Source of the DNA: an uncultured virus (IMG/VR IMGVR_UViG_3300010885_047555)
Taxonomy: Duplodnaviria > Heunggongvirae > Uroviricota > Caudoviricetes
IMG/VR virus record: IMGVR_UViG_3300010885_047555
Length of the DNA stretch: 64,000 nucleotides
Reading direction: 5' to 3' (one strand)
A program made the position numbers and the translations under genes. The notes beneath the pieces were generated by a model. That model was not told the DNA's origin and did no database searches. It saw only the letters and a list, made by a program, of their open reading frames with translations. Positions within the stretch are counted from its first letter, which is position 1, and each line of letters starts with the position of its first letter. Below are positions 28,138 through 37,223 of the stretch, piece by piece.

Positions 28138-28555
28138 CAGATTTTGAAGGACTAAGCTTTAAAAGAATTTGTTTAAAATCTTCTGCTAATAAAGCTCTTT
28201 CTTCTGCTTTAACTTCTTGAGAATGCATTCCAAGATAGAACATGTGAAGTCCAACGTTCACAATTCCCGCGATCCATGCCTCTTCATTTCTTGGATACAG
28301 TTCCTTAGCGTCCTGAAAATCGCTCAGTAAATCAGTATGTTTAACGATTACTGACATAATCTGAGGTCCGACATCATTGATGAAATCAATAACAATTTCA
28401 GGATTCATCATGGACTCTAATTCTTTAAATGCCAAAATTGTATCTGGGTCAGTCATTGGCAGTGGTGACTCGTCTTTGGAAGTTCCAAAAGACCTAATCG
28501 CCGAACTAGCTTGTTGTCTCATATTTGCTATCATAATTACTTCTTGGTCTTTCAT
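28103..28555 (-). CDS. hypothetical protein
   Basis: GGGAG RBS; overlapping neighbours. Confidence 0.65.
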   Translation of the reverse strand: MKDQEVIMIANMRQQASSAIRSFGTSKDESPLPMTDPDTILAFKELESMMNPEIVIDFINDVGPQIMSVIVKHTDLLSDFQDAKELYPRNEEAWIAGIVNVGLHMFYLGMHSQEVKAEERALLAEDFKQILLKLSPSKSDDKDAREKTEE

Positions 28556-28815
28556 GCTGACTCCCAAATCGCTAGCGCAGCTTTAAAGACTTTGGAGATA
28601 ATATCTTTCGAAATCTCATCAGTCCAAACCACACCAAGAATTAAAGCACCGGCTGCAAACAAAGCAGCAATGGCAAGTTTAATGTATCGGTGAGCTACGG
28701 CTTTGTCTTCGTGAATGTAAACTGCCAATTTGTCAATAGCCTTGCCGATTGCAACCTTAAAATCACCAACGATTGCTTCGGGAACGGCTATACCTTCCAC
28801 TTGCTCCATAATCAT
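28552..28815 (-). CDS. hypothetical membrane protein
   Basis: One TM segment; ATGA overlaps. Confidence 0.6.
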   Translation of the reverse strand: MIMEQVEGIAVPEAIVGDFKVAIGKAIDKLAVYIHEDKAVAHRYIKLAIAALFAAGALILGVVWTDEISKDIISKVFKAALAIWESA

Positions 28816-29225
28816 TCACCATCCTGTAGGGAGATAGACACCCAAGTCTGAACGACCTGAGCAATCTGTTCCTTTGTAAGATTGAGGTTATAGCCTGAAG
28901 GAGAAGTTTGGGCTGAAGCAACCCAAGCACCCATCATGAATGACAAGAAAACAACAGAAGTGATGTTTTCAATAGACTCTTCGGAGTCCTCAGCAAAAGA
29001 ATCTTCAATCTTTTGTTGTAGAACCTCAAAGGCTGACTCAGTATCAATAACTCCTGGAACAAATGGATAAGCCTGAAGAATTCGGCCATCTTCCGTTACA
29101 AGATTTTCAACATAGTCAAAAGCGGCTGCGTAGAGGTTATTAGACCAATCCTCAACCTTAGGTGCTGCATCCCAGAAGGGAGTAGTAATAACCTCTTCCG
29201 GCTGAGTTACTTCTTCTTCGTTCAT
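28812..29225 (-). CDS. hypothetical protein
   Basis: Coupled ORF in the leftward operon. Confidence 0.65.
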   Translation of the reverse strand: MNEEEVTQPEEVITTPFWDAAPKVEDWSNNLYAAAFDYVENLVTEDGRILQAYPFVPGVIDTESAFEVLQQKIEDSFAEDSEESIENITSVVFLSFMMGAWVASAQTSPSGYNLNLTKEQIAQVVQTWVSISLQDGE

Positions 29226-29416
29226 GATTGTTCCACCTTTTCCTTAGTGTTTTTCATTTCTTCTGGGAATACAGCAAGAGCCATTGCAATAAGCAAATTT
29301 GACGCCTCAAGCTGGTGGTTATCTTTAAGGAAGTTAGCACAAAGCAAAACTCCATTAAGTTGACTTTTTCTACTAAGATCTTTAACCCGATTCGACAGGT
29401 TGGAATCTTCAATCAT
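29222..29416 (-). CDS. hypothetical protein
   Basis: AGGAGCAA RBS. Confidence 0.6.
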   Translation of the reverse strand: MIEDSNLSNRVKDLSRKSQLNGVLLCANFLKDNHQLEASNLLIAMALAVFPEEMKNTKEKVEQS

Positions 29417-29627
29417 TATTGCTCCTTAGTATTAGTTTCTGACCTAGACCTAGACCCAAGCCAATTCCTAGTTCTTGAAAATGGGGACAACAGAAAAATG
29501 CCCAGGTAGTGCTACCTCTTAAACAGGCATCATATTCGGCGGGACTGTCACAGAAATCACATGTTGGCATAACGTCTATATACGCCCAATGAGAATCCTT
29601 GGTAGACAAACCTTGGTAGATACTCAT
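29409..29627 (-). CDS. small Zn-finger-like protein
   Basis: CDFC...AEYDA...WAFFCCPHF...GLGLGLGQ; AGGAG RBS. Confidence 0.65.
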   Translation of the reverse strand: MSIYQGLSTKDSHWAYIDVMPTCDFCDSPAEYDACLRGSTTWAFFCCPHFQELGIGLGLGLGQKLILRSNND

Positions 29628-29648
29628 AATGGTCTCCTAAAAAGGTAG

Positions 29649-29691
29649 AGGGGCATAGAGACGGCTATCACTAGACCTGTCTCTATGCCCC
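29649..29691 (-). terminator. long hairpin after the AAA ATPase gene
   Basis: aggggcatagagac...gtctctatgcccct inverted repeat. Confidence 0.6.
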
Positions 29692-29703
29692 TAAGCCTTT
29701 TAC

Positions 29704-31218
29704 CTAGACGCCAACCTCAACCGATTCACCATTTACATAGGTGCGGTTAAGGATCTCGGTAATCTTTTCAGCAACAATGGAGGCCACTGCTGTATCGATT
29801 GCCGGAGCTGGGCGGTGTTCGCCAGCGTCATTGTACTGTTCCCATTGGAACTTGAGAGACTCGCTCGACCACACAAAGTCTTCTGTGGTAAGAGTTACGT
29901 CCTCTTTATCCAAGTTGAACAGATCTGCCCGCTTGATAGCTTCCGCCACAAACGCTGGTTCATAAGACTCAAGAGCCTTACCGACCACATGAAGGTCGAT
30001 ACCAGCATCCGTGTGCTCAGGTCCAAAGTCAGGGACTTCGGTACTGAACTCGCCACGTAGGCTTTCAAGGTCGCCCGCAAGACGTTTGCCTGACATGGCC
30101 AAAACCATGCGTGCACAACCGTCAGCATCCAAACCGTCAATTTTGACGATTCCGTCCATACGTCCGGGACGGAGCATTCCCTTATGGATTTCTTGCAGGT
30201 GGTTCGTGGTCATGACGACCTGAATCTCAGTGCCCTTTGAGGTAATACCGTCAAAGACGTCCAAGAGCGACTGGATAGCCGTCTTTTCAGTTGCACTTGC
30301 GAGAACGTCGATATCTTCATAGAAGACAACAGCGGGCTGATAAAGCTTTGCCCGTTGCATAACGACGTCTAGGTCGTCCTTACCTGGACGGCACAAGATG
30401 TAAGTCCAGCCATTATTGGTCGCCTCTTGAGCGGTCAACATACCTGTCAATGACTTACCAGTGCCATACGGACCTGCGAGGAGGACGCAACGCTTAAGGC
30501 TGATTCCACGCTCACGGGCTCTTTGAGTGAAGCGAATTGGGTTCCACAAAAGACCAGTCAATTGGTGTTCGACTGGGCGAGTGTAGATGACCTTATCGCG
30601 ACTGACAGAGAATGGATCAATGAACTCAGGCATTTCAGAACCAGTGATGGCCTTGCCCTTGTAGATTGAAGCAGTTTGTAGCGTCTGTTCAATGGCGTTG
30701 AACAAGCCCTTAATAGCTTTTTCCATTTTCTTTGGAGCAGTGACAGACAGGTTAAAGATCTGACCGTACTCCTTGTCACGGTAACCACCAAGGCTCAAAG
30801 TAGCCTTGAGGTCTGGAACTTCGAGTTCGCCCCATGGGACTTCAATAGTCTCATTAGGACCGACGTTAATGCTGATTTGTTGCGGTGGGTTGGAACCGAA
30901 CATTGACATTGACGCTTTGCCAAATCCTGGATATCCAAACAAATCGGATAGGGTTTTGGCGGTTGCATAAGCACCGTCCCATGGGAGGTACTTAAAGGAA
31001 CGAGAAAGCTGAACCGTTTGCTTTTCTTCGTTTGCTGCTGCAACAGCAATTTCAGCCATCTGAGCGTATGAACGACTTTCAGGCTTTACGTAGTAGGTAT
31101 CTTCGTGATCGCGGATACCTGATGATACTGTCTCTAAACCGGCAGTGGCTTCGGAGAGAGCTTCTAGTGCTTCGTGAACCTTTTTAACCTGGTCCTTATT
31201 AGTTGATAGATACGACAT
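29704..31218 (-). CDS. classical AAA+ ATPase (FtsH/proteasomal-like core)
   Basis: Walker A GPYGTGKS, Walker B VVFYEDID, SRH TTNH....MLRPGRMD. Confidence 0.9.
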   Translation of the reverse strand: MSYLSTNKDQVKKVHEALEALSEATAGLETVSSGIRDHEDTYYVKPESRSYAQMAEIAVAAANEEKQTVQLSRSFKYLPWDGAYATAKTLSDLFGYPGFGKASMSMFGSNPPQQISINVGPNETIEVPWGELEVPDLKATLSLGGYRDKEYGQIFNLSVTAPKKMEKAIKGLFNAIEQTLQTASIYKGKAITGSEMPEFIDPFSVSRDKVIYTRPVEHQLTGLLWNPIRFTQRARERGISLKRCVLLAGPYGTGKSLTGMLTAQEATNNGWTYILCRPGKDDLDVVMQRAKLYQPAVVFYEDIDVLASATEKTAIQSLLDVFDGITSKGTEIQVVMTTNHLQEIHKGMLRPGRMDGIVKIDGLDADGCARMVLAMSGKRLAGDLESLRGEFSTEVPDFGPEHTDAGIDLHVVGKALESYEPAFVAEAIKRADLFNLDKEDVTLTTEDFVWSSESLKFQWEQYNDAGEHRPAPAIDTAVASIVAEKITEILNRTYVNGESVEVGV

Positions 31219-31227
31219 TTTTGCTCC

Positions 31228-31452
31228 TTAGTTGATTTCGTCGTTGGATAATTCGGAACACGCTTCACAAGAGTAACGTGTTGAACTTGCGTGGATATGT
31301 GCTGTCGATTCGACTGCTTCGTCTCCATCAAGTTTTTGTTCGGTAATAACTGCGTAAGCGTACTTATGCAAGTCATTTTGAATTTTTTCTATTTCTAACG
31401 CGTCTAGTTCGCTTTTGGCGCGAATGTCAACAACGATTCTTACAACTGCCAT
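31228..31452 (-). CDS. hypothetical protein
   Basis: AGGAGG RBS. Confidence 0.6.
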   Translation of the reverse strand: MAVVRIVVDIRAKSELDALEIEKIQNDLHKYAYAVITEQKLDGDEAVESTAHIHASSTRYSCEACSELSNDEIN

Positions 31453-31486
31453 ATTGGCCTCCTATGGTCATGGCATTATGGATAAT

Positions 31487-31529
31487 AAAAAACCCCAGTA
31501 AACAGCGAGAGAGTTGCCGTCTACTGGGG
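31487..31529 (-). terminator. intrinsic terminator
   Basis: Minus strand ccccagtagac..gtttactgggg followed by T6. Confidence 0.75.
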
Positions 31530-31560
31530 CTCGATGGGCATCAGGGGAGTAGCCCATCTC

Positions 31561-31806
31561 CTAGCGCTGGAAGAACGCTGGGATGATTTTTGATTTTCTT
31601 TCCGATTCTCCAAAGATAATCGGGTCTAATAGGTCGTCCTCGTCATAAACAACTAAGTCGTCATCAAGAAAACTAAAGATATTTTCAAGTTTTTTTGACA
31701 GTGTTTTAATTCCGAAGGTTGCCAGCCCTATTAAGGAGAAAACTCCAATGCTAATTGCAATTAAAGTTTTCTTATTGGTTGAGGTAGTCATATACCTGAC
31801 TTTCAT
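31561..31806 (-). CDS. small membrane protein
   Basis: One TM segment and acidic tail; start may be ATG 31791. Confidence 0.55.
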   Translation of the reverse strand: MKVRYMTTSTNKKTLIAISIGVFSLIGLATFGIKTLSKKLENIFSFLDDDLVVYDEDDLLDPIIFGESERKSKIIPAFFQR

Positions 31807-32194
31807 ACTCTGAGCACAGTGCGGTGGCAGCTGCGCCTATAACTAACCCTGCGTACCGATATTCTTCATCCGTGGTTAAGTTTCCGTTTGTCGCCATGTA
31901 TTCCACGACCATAGAAACTGTGTAACCCTGATCTAAAACATCACATACGTTGTGTCCTAAATTTATTAAATCTTTATTGCTAGTACCAGCGATAATAGAG
32001 TTATCAACCGAACGAACTCGGGTGATGTAATCGTCTTCTTCGGTAGATTGAGCGCTAAAAGGCGTTTCCATAATTGTTTCTACAGGAGCGCTTTTTGGTG
32101 CACTTGTCTTGCTACTACCACAACCCGTAAGGATTGTTGTGGCAGCAATTATTCCAAGCGTAAGCATCGCAATACGCTTTTTTGTTTTTTTCAT
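31772..32194 (-). CDS. DUF732-like lipoprotein
   Basis: Basic N-terminus, hydrophobic core and ILTG-C lipobox; LINLGHNVCDVLDQG...AATALC. Confidence 0.75.
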   Translation of the reverse strand: MKKTKKRIAMLTLGIIAATTILTGCGSSKTSAPKSAPVETIMETPFSAQSTEEDDYITRVRSVDNSIIAGTSNKDLINLGHNVCDVLDQGYTVSMVVEYMATNGNLTTDEEYRYAGLVIGAAATALCSEYESQVYDYLNQ

Positions 32195-32260
32195 GTGCTT
32201 TCCTTTCGTATATAGCGTTAAAGGCACCACCTGGATAGATGATGCCCTTAACGCGCTCCT

Positions 32261-32803
32261 TTAACTTGTTTGACTCTCGCAAAAATTGCAAGGGCAATTG
32301 TCGAATAATGTTGCCTCATATCTAGCGTCTGGATCAGGCGATTTGATTTCGAGACATTCGATGCAGTTGCATCCACTAACAAATTGGTCTGTATCCTCGT
32401 ACGGATCATAACTATCTGCACGGCTATTTGCATTTGCAACCATTGTGGGCCACCAAGCTCGCTCGATAGCCCACACTAAAACATCTTCTGGTTCCGCGTT
32501 TTTCACCCAGTTGTCGAGTGATTGTCCGAAGAATTCCTTGAGACGCTCTTTGCTGTATTCGTTGATAATTTCTGACGCCAAAAAACCAATCGCATAGTGA
32601 TCGGTACTTTGAAGATCGCCAGAACGTTGTCCCCAACCGTCTATGGACTCCGCGATTGCTTCGCAAAGACCTAAGAAAAAATTGGAACGAGTGTGAATCT
32701 TGTTTGAATAAAGTTCCTCTGCGGTGTCTACTACAGCTTTTACTGAAACAAGAGTTTTAACCTTTTTTGCAACTTTGGTTTTGGTCATAGTTGCTGTTGT
32801 CAT
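32261..32803 (-). CDS. hypothetical protein with Cys-rich C-terminus
   Basis: AGGAGG RBS before ATG 32803; two CxCxxC motifs. Confidence 0.65.
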   Translation of the reverse strand: MTTATMTKTKVAKKVKTLVSVKAVVDTAEELYSNKIHTRSNFFLGLCEAIAESIDGWGQRSGDLQSTDHYAIGFLASEIINEYSKERLKEFFGQSLDNWVKNAEPEDVLVWAIERAWWPTMVANANSRADSYDPYEDTDQFVSGCNCIECLEIKSPDPDARYEATLFDNCPCNFCESQTS

Positions 32804-32870
32804 ATTGCCTCCTATATACGACAAAACGACCTATTTTCTGATAGCAGAAAACAGATCGCTTTGTGTGATA

Positions 32871-32899
32871 AGTATAGCACAATTTATGTGTTTGTGCTA
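32871..32899 (-). promoter_or_regulatory. extended -10 promoter (TGTGC-TATACT) overlapped by an 8-bp inverted repeat
   Basis: TATACT at 32876-32871; tagcacaa/ttgtgcta repeat. Confidence 0.55.
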
Positions 32900-32900
32900 A

Positions 32901-33278
32901 TTAATCTTGCATAAACTTTTTAATATTTTCTTCAACAAATTTTGCTATAAAAGTAATTGTTCTAGTAGCAAAATCCGATACTGACTCGCTTTCGCCAGAG
33001 GATTGATTGTATCCAATGACGATGACATCTCCGCAGATAATATCATCGTTAGAAAGTCTGCTCCGACAAATTAAAGTAGCTACCATGTTTAGTGATAGCG
33101 CATTTCCTTCTGGTCCAGAAAACTTAGCTTCGTCATTTCCGAAGAAGCTTGTCGTTTCAAAAGGTTGAGGAATAGATTCAATTAGGCCGCCTACTGCTTC
33201 CTGTAAATCGTCTAGATTCCACTCTTTGTCGATTATTTCAATAGTTCCATCAGTTTTTATTAAAAGCGCTTTTTTCAT
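32901..33278 (-). CDS. DUF3846-like protein
   Basis: LDDLQEAVGGLIE...NDEAK....LNMVAT...DIICGDVIVIG. Confidence 0.75.
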   Translation of the reverse strand: MKKALLIKTDGTIEIIDKEWNLDDLQEAVGGLIESIPQPFETTSFFGNDEAKFSGPEGNALSLNMVATLICRSRLSNDDIICGDVIVIGYNQSSGESESVSDFATRTITFIAKFVEENIKKFMQD

Positions 33279-33763
33279 TTTATTACCGCCTTCGCATATT
33301 TTATGATTGCGTCGTGAACAGCGCCGCTGACTTCGGACTCATCTGTGTTTTTTCCAAAGAACAAAACACGTCCGTTGCGAGTTCTTGTGTAGTTATACAC
33401 TTCGAACTCTTTCGTTACCAATGCTATGTTACGAAGTTCCTCTCTGTTTGGGTGAACAGATGGAGGAATTATGCTCCACAACAATTGAATTTCCTTTTCT
33501 GTAAGATTTGGTCCACCATCGCCAAAAATGTCTTCGGGATATGTCCAACCTTCTGTGCTTAGGAAAACTGCATCTGCACCTTTTGTGTCATACATTCCAT
33601 TTTCGTGAAGTTTAGTCAAATAATCAATTGTTACGACTGGGTGGTCAGTAAAACTTGATATCTGAATAAATTCTCCATTCCTAATGATGTATAAAAGGTG
33701 CGGTTGATCCCACCCGTTTAAATTGAGAACTTCATCGATTTGTTGTGCTAATTTCTCGTCCAC
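33275..33763 (-). CDS. hypothetical protein
   Basis: AGGAG RBS, GTG start; STEGW and HPNREE.R motifs. Confidence 0.65.
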   Translation of the reverse strand: MDEKLAQQIDEVLNLNGWDQPHLLYIIRNGEFIQISSFTDHPVVTIDYLTKLHENGMYDTKGADAVFLSTEGWTYPEDIFGDGGPNLTEKEIQLLWSIIPPSVHPNREELRNIALVTKEFEVYNYTRTRNGRVLFFGKNTDESEVSGAVHDAIIKYAKAVIK

Positions 33764-34238
33764 TGTGCTCCTTAATATAGTAATAAGTTGATTTTCCTTC
33801 TGAGTAACTCCCTACAAGTCTGTAGCCAGGAGGAGTTATCTCAAACATTGCGTCAGTAAGGAGTCTCAAAAAAGCGTCTTCGTCTTTTGATGCTTCAGAA
33901 TCTTCATTACTGCTTGTCATTACATAGTCCCTTGCTTTTTCTCTTATCGAAATCGGCAAGAGACTATTGTGGGAAACTCTAACGAGAAAACCAAGAAACT
34001 TAGTCGAAAGTTCTTCGTCAGACATGGCCTCAATCTTTTCTTCATACCAATCAACTTGTGGCCAACTGGTTTTTTCTGGTTTTAGCGATTCATAAAACAT
34101 TTCCATAGCTTCACTAACGCCGCACTCAGAACATATTTCAGTTTTGTCGTCTGTCCTTGAAAGAGCTCCTGGATACATTCCGGGAGTTTCATTGTTCGGT
34201 ATGTAATTAAGACACCTCGGACATATTGGCTTCTTCAC
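33732..34238 (-). CDS. hypothetical protein with N-terminal zinc finger
   Basis: CPRC...PGALSRTD.KTEICSECG. Confidence 0.7.
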   Translation of the reverse strand: MKKPICPRCLNYIPNNETPGMYPGALSRTDDKTEICSECGVSEAMEMFYESLKPEKTSWPQVDWYEEKIEAMSDEELSTKFLGFLVRVSHNSLLPISIREKARDYVMTSSNEDSEASKDEDAFLRLLTDAMFEITPPGYRLVGSYSEGKSTYYYIKEHSGREISTTNR

Positions 34239-34755
34239 TTGGTTGTTCTCCTATCGTTATTTTTTTTATAGATTCTTGCATTTTTTTATAAGTAAGAATT
34301 GCGTCGTATGGTGCTGGAGTATCGAATACAAGTTTTGCTTGCTGTCGATGCATAACGCCGTTAATGACAACATCTCTCCATACTTCTCCACTTTCACCGC
34401 GCCATTCTAGGTGGTTGTATGTTTCCACATAAGGGGCAACGGCTTGAAGAAAAATATCTTCTTGCCCTGTTTTGTTGTCGTACCCAATAAGTTTTACAGT
34501 TCCCCATGGCTTATCGGTGGAGATAATTTCGTTTGTCTCCACTTCAAATCCCAAAAGTTCAAATACTTCTTTGACGCTTGTAACCGTAACGTCATAATTT
34601 TCTGGCATCCACGAGAACCAAAACTGCCGTTTTTCACCAAAGGAACCGCCCCTCTTGATGTCATCTTGCGAGTTAATGCTCTTTAGAGCCTCAAGTACTG
34701 CTTGAGTTTCTGGAATTTCAAAATTAGAACTAACTAGATTTATGTAGTAACCCAT
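34207..34755 (-). CDS. hypothetical phage protein
   Basis: AGGAG RBS; MGYY start, FSWM and EWRGESGEVW motifs. Confidence 0.7.
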   Translation of the reverse strand: MGYYINLVSSNFEIPETQAVLEALKSINSQDDIKRGGSFGEKRQFWFSWMPENYDVTVTSVKEVFELLGFEVETNEIISTDKPWGTVKLIGYDNKTGQEDIFLQAVAPYVETYNHLEWRGESGEVWRDVVINGVMHRQQAKLVFDTPAPYDAILTYKKMQESIKKITIGEQPSEEANMSEVS

Positions 34756-35080
34756 GATGTACTCCTTCTACTGCTTTTGCTTTTTCGGTTAAACCACGAA
34801 TGCGAAGGAAATCACCGATGATTCCTCGCTCCATGGAACTGATAACTGACGCAATGGCATCCCAAGCGTCATCTGGCAGCTCACAGAGATTCTTTTCTGT
34901 GCGCATGAGCTGGATTGAAAAATTTTCAGCAACCCAAGCATCAGTTTGATCTACAGGTATGTAACAAATTTCATTTTTTGTATAGCATTTGAGACACACC
35001 GCTTTTTCTTCGTGCGACTCTCTATCAATGAAAGTTTTGTTAGTTTCTTTAGCTTCACAAACATCGCAAATCGATTTCAT
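34730..35080 (-). CDS. hypothetical protein (two CxxC)
   Basis: Coupled ORF. Confidence 0.6.
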   Translation of the reverse strand: MKSICDVCEAKETNKTFIDRESHEEKAVCLKCYTKNEICYIPVDQTDAWVAENFSIQLMRTEKNLCELPDDAWDAIASVISSMERGIIGDFLRIRGLTEKAKAVEGVHHGLLHKSS

Positions 35081-35328
35081 TATTTTTCCTCTGGTAGGGG
35101 TAATCCAAAAATGAATCCAGCGCCATTACCCTCTGGGTCACTAGAAATTTCCAAAGTGCATTTGGTTCCGTCTGCTAGAACTACATCGAACGTAGGAAAT
35201 GACTCAAACCAACCATCTGTATCTTCGCCTGGTTCCGGTTCTGACATTCTGCAATTGACAATAGTTGCTCCAGTAAGTACTGAGTAATATTCTGACAGGT
35301 ATTTATTTTCTTCAGTTGCTTTAGACAT
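35080..35328 (-). CDS. hypothetical phage protein
   Basis: AAGGAG RBS; ISSDPEGNGAGF motif. Confidence 0.7.
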   Translation of the reverse strand: MSKATEENKYLSEYYSVLTGATIVNCRMSEPEPGEDTDGWFESFPTFDVVLADGTKCTLEISSDPEGNGAGFIFGLPLPEEK

Positions 35329-35341
35329 TTCTCTCCTTACA

Positions 35342-35371
35342 GAAAAAGCACACACCGATTAAAGTGTGTGC
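35342..35371 (-). terminator. terminator downstream of tRNA
   Basis: gcacacac/gtgtgtgc stem followed by T5 on the minus strand. Confidence 0.65.
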
Positions 35372-35388
35372 CTGTGACATTTGCCACG

Positions 35389-35461
35389 TCTCCTCGGTTG
35401 GAATCGAACCAACGACGCACGGATTAGAAGTCCGACGCTCTATCCCCTGAGCTACGAGGAG
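35389..35461 (-). tRNA. tRNA-Arg(UCU), CCA not encoded
   Basis: CTCCTCG-TA-GCTC AGGGGATA GAGC-G-TCGGA CTTCTAA TCCGT-GCGTC-GTTGG TTCGATT CCAAC-CGAGGAG-A cloverleaf. Confidence 0.95.
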
Positions 35462-35465
35462 GGGT

Positions 35466-35555
35466 GTCCAGTCGCCCTACTAGATGGGCAGTAGCGCTTA
35501 CAAGGCCTGCTTGACGACGGGGGATGCGTCAGAGCACAGACACGTAGGACTGGAC
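35466..35555 (-). ncRNA. candidate structured RNA immediately upstream of the tRNA
   Basis: 8-bp closing stem gtccagtc/gactggac enclosing 2-3 hairpins in a GC-rich non-coding gap. Confidence 0.4.
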
Positions 35556-35592
35556 GTGGAGATTAGTTTAACCACATAATCTAGGTGGCTTC

Positions 35593-35958
35593 TTAATTGG
35601 ATCTTAGAATTTTAACAATTTCTTTAACCTCTACTGATCCCACTTTTTCCATGAACGAGGAAAGAGCGTCTAATACTATTTTAAGCATTCTTTTATCTGT
35701 TCCTTGACCAGCATAAATAGCCCCTTCAATGATTGACTTTTCTTCATCATTGAAATAAAGAAGAATTCCCTGTGTTCTAGTTTTTTCCTCAGAGTCAAGT
35801 ATTTCTTGTATAAACGGCCCAAGGGTTGCAAGGGTTGTCTGTTTGCAGATTTTTTCAAGTGCGTGAATTGGGACATTTCTACTTTCAAATGTTTCAGGGT
35901 CTACTTCCATCGTCATGTAGATGGGGAAGGTTACCTTAGTTAGTGGTCGTGATTTCAT
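35593..35958 (-). CDS. hypothetical protein
   Basis: ORF in the leftward operon, overlaps the upstream gene. Confidence 0.6.
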   Translation of the reverse strand: MKSRPLTKVTFPIYMTMEVDPETFESRNVPIHALEKICKQTTLATLGPFIQEILDSEEKTRTQGILLYFNDEEKSIIEGAIYAGQGTDKRMLKIVLDALSSFMEKVGSVEVKEIVKILRSN

Positions 35959-36136
35959 GCCAGCCTTCTCCAGTTATTTCCTCAACTCTTGTTACTTGAG
36001 TTGGAGGACTCCAAGATCGCCAATTTGGATCCCTAAAGGCAATAGTCGCTTCTCCAGATTCCCAAATTGTGACCAGTGCTTCTCCTCTGTTTTCTAGTTC
36101 AAACACATAGTTTTTGTGGTTGATATTTTCTGACAT
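35936..36136 (-). CDS. hypothetical protein
   Basis: TAATG-coupled to the 47-aa ORF. Confidence 0.6.
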   Translation of the reverse strand: MSENINHKNYVFELENRGEALVTIWESGEATIAFRDPNWRSWSPPTQVTRVEEITGEGWHEITTTN

Positions 36137-36279
36137 TAGATACCCGCTTTAGTCTTAATTGGCGCGAGTACTTTCTTAACTGCTGGCACAGCAACGTACT
36201 TGTCAAAAACAATTCCGGCGGCAACTGTGGCTGCGACTTCAACAACACCAATTGCTATTTTTGCTATTACTACTGACAT
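36136..36279 (-). CDS. 47-aa membrane peptide (not in the ORF track)
   Basis: AGGAGCAAAAAA-ATG; MSVVIAKIAIGVVEVAATVAAGIVFDKYVAVPAVKKVLAPIKTKAGI. Confidence 0.75.
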   Translation of the reverse strand: MSVVIAKIAIGVVEVAATVAAGIVFDKYVAVPAVKKVLAPIKTKAGI

Positions 36280-36368
36280 TTTTTTGCTCCTATTCTGTTA
36301 GACGTTCGCCTAACAAGAAACCTTGCGTGAGTCAGGGTAGTACTCACGCAAGGCAACTTGATGGGCGA

Positions 36369-36509
36369 CTATGCTGCAATTGTTGTTTCGACAGTTGCTG
36401 TTTTGCGGTCGCTCAATTTCTTTTCGATTTTGTTCACCGCAATATGGCCCACGAATGCACCAGCGATGATTGAACCGTATTTGACGGCGGTGTTAACAAC
36501 CTTGTTCAT
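36369..36509 (-). CDS. 46-aa membrane peptide (not in the ORF track)
   Basis: AGGAGCAAAC-ATG; MNKVVNTAVKYGSIIAGAFVGHIAVNKIEKKLSDRKTATVETTIAA. Confidence 0.75.
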   Translation of the reverse strand: MNKVVNTAVKYGSIIAGAFVGHIAVNKIEKKLSDRKTATVETTIAA

Positions 36510-36585
36510 GTTTGCTCCTAGAACATACTGTTATGCAATCTGCATAACAAGAAAGCCCACCACGAATGATGGGCCAACTTGCTAT

Positions 36586-36948
36586 TCAGCGATATTTAAG
36601 CCATTCCGCATGGCATGAATCGCACCAATAACTATCTACTCTGTTTGTGCCAGGTTTCAGTTGGCACTCACAGCAAAGTTCTAGTTTCTTTTTGTTCAGT
36701 TCTTTAACTGCTTTGAACTGAGCTTTTGTTTGTAATTCGCTTCTGTCAAAAAAGCCACTTTGTGGGTAACGTTTTTCTACCTGAATCATGATGGTAGAAG
36801 ACGCAAAGAAAGCCAAAAAAAATAAAGCTGTTGTTCCAGGCATGTACCAATCGCTTGGTGTTGACCAAACTATGGCAGCAGCTAGCGCAAGTGCAGTCGC
36901 GTGTCCAATAATGCGACCACTTTTTGTTAGAACAGTTATTGCGTTCAT
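36586..36948 (-). CDS. two-TM protein with C-terminal Cys cluster
   Basis: AGGAGCAAAT-ATG at 36948, in frame with track ORF 36586-37059. Confidence 0.65.
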   Translation of the reverse strand: MNAITVLTKSGRIIGHATALALAAAIVWSTPSDWYMPGTTALFFLAFFASSTIMIQVEKRYPQSGFFDRSELQTKAQFKAVKELNKKKLELCCECQLKPGTNRVDSYWCDSCHAEWLKYR

Positions 36949-37040
36949 ATTTGCTCCTTGTCTAGAAACGCAAAAACCCCACAAACAATGTGTCTGCGGG
37001 GGTATTTCGGGCAGCCATACGGGTACGACTGTTCGATGGC

Positions 37041-37223
37041 TTAAGTATGACATAACCAACTGGTTTTGTCAACTACCGCCTTAATGTCTTCAAACTTGCG
37101 CTCAATAAGCCTATTCGCATCAGGTTTTGTCATTCCATAGATGCCTATGGAGTATGTCATAACCGTCTGTAATTGGCATATTGCGCAAGTTTTCGTGTGC
37201 TCTACGACAGCCTCACTCTTCAT
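37041..37223 (-). CDS. hypothetical protein
   Basis: 60-aa ORF overlapping the upstream gene; H...CxxC. Confidence 0.45.
   Translation of the reverse strand: MKSEAVVEHTKTCAICQLQTVMTYSIGIYGMTKPDANRLIERKFEDIKAVVDKTSWLCHT
37044..37072 (-). promoter_or_regulatory. sigma-70/SigA-type early promoter
   Basis: TTGACA-17 nt-CATACT with TG extended -10. Confidence 0.85.
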
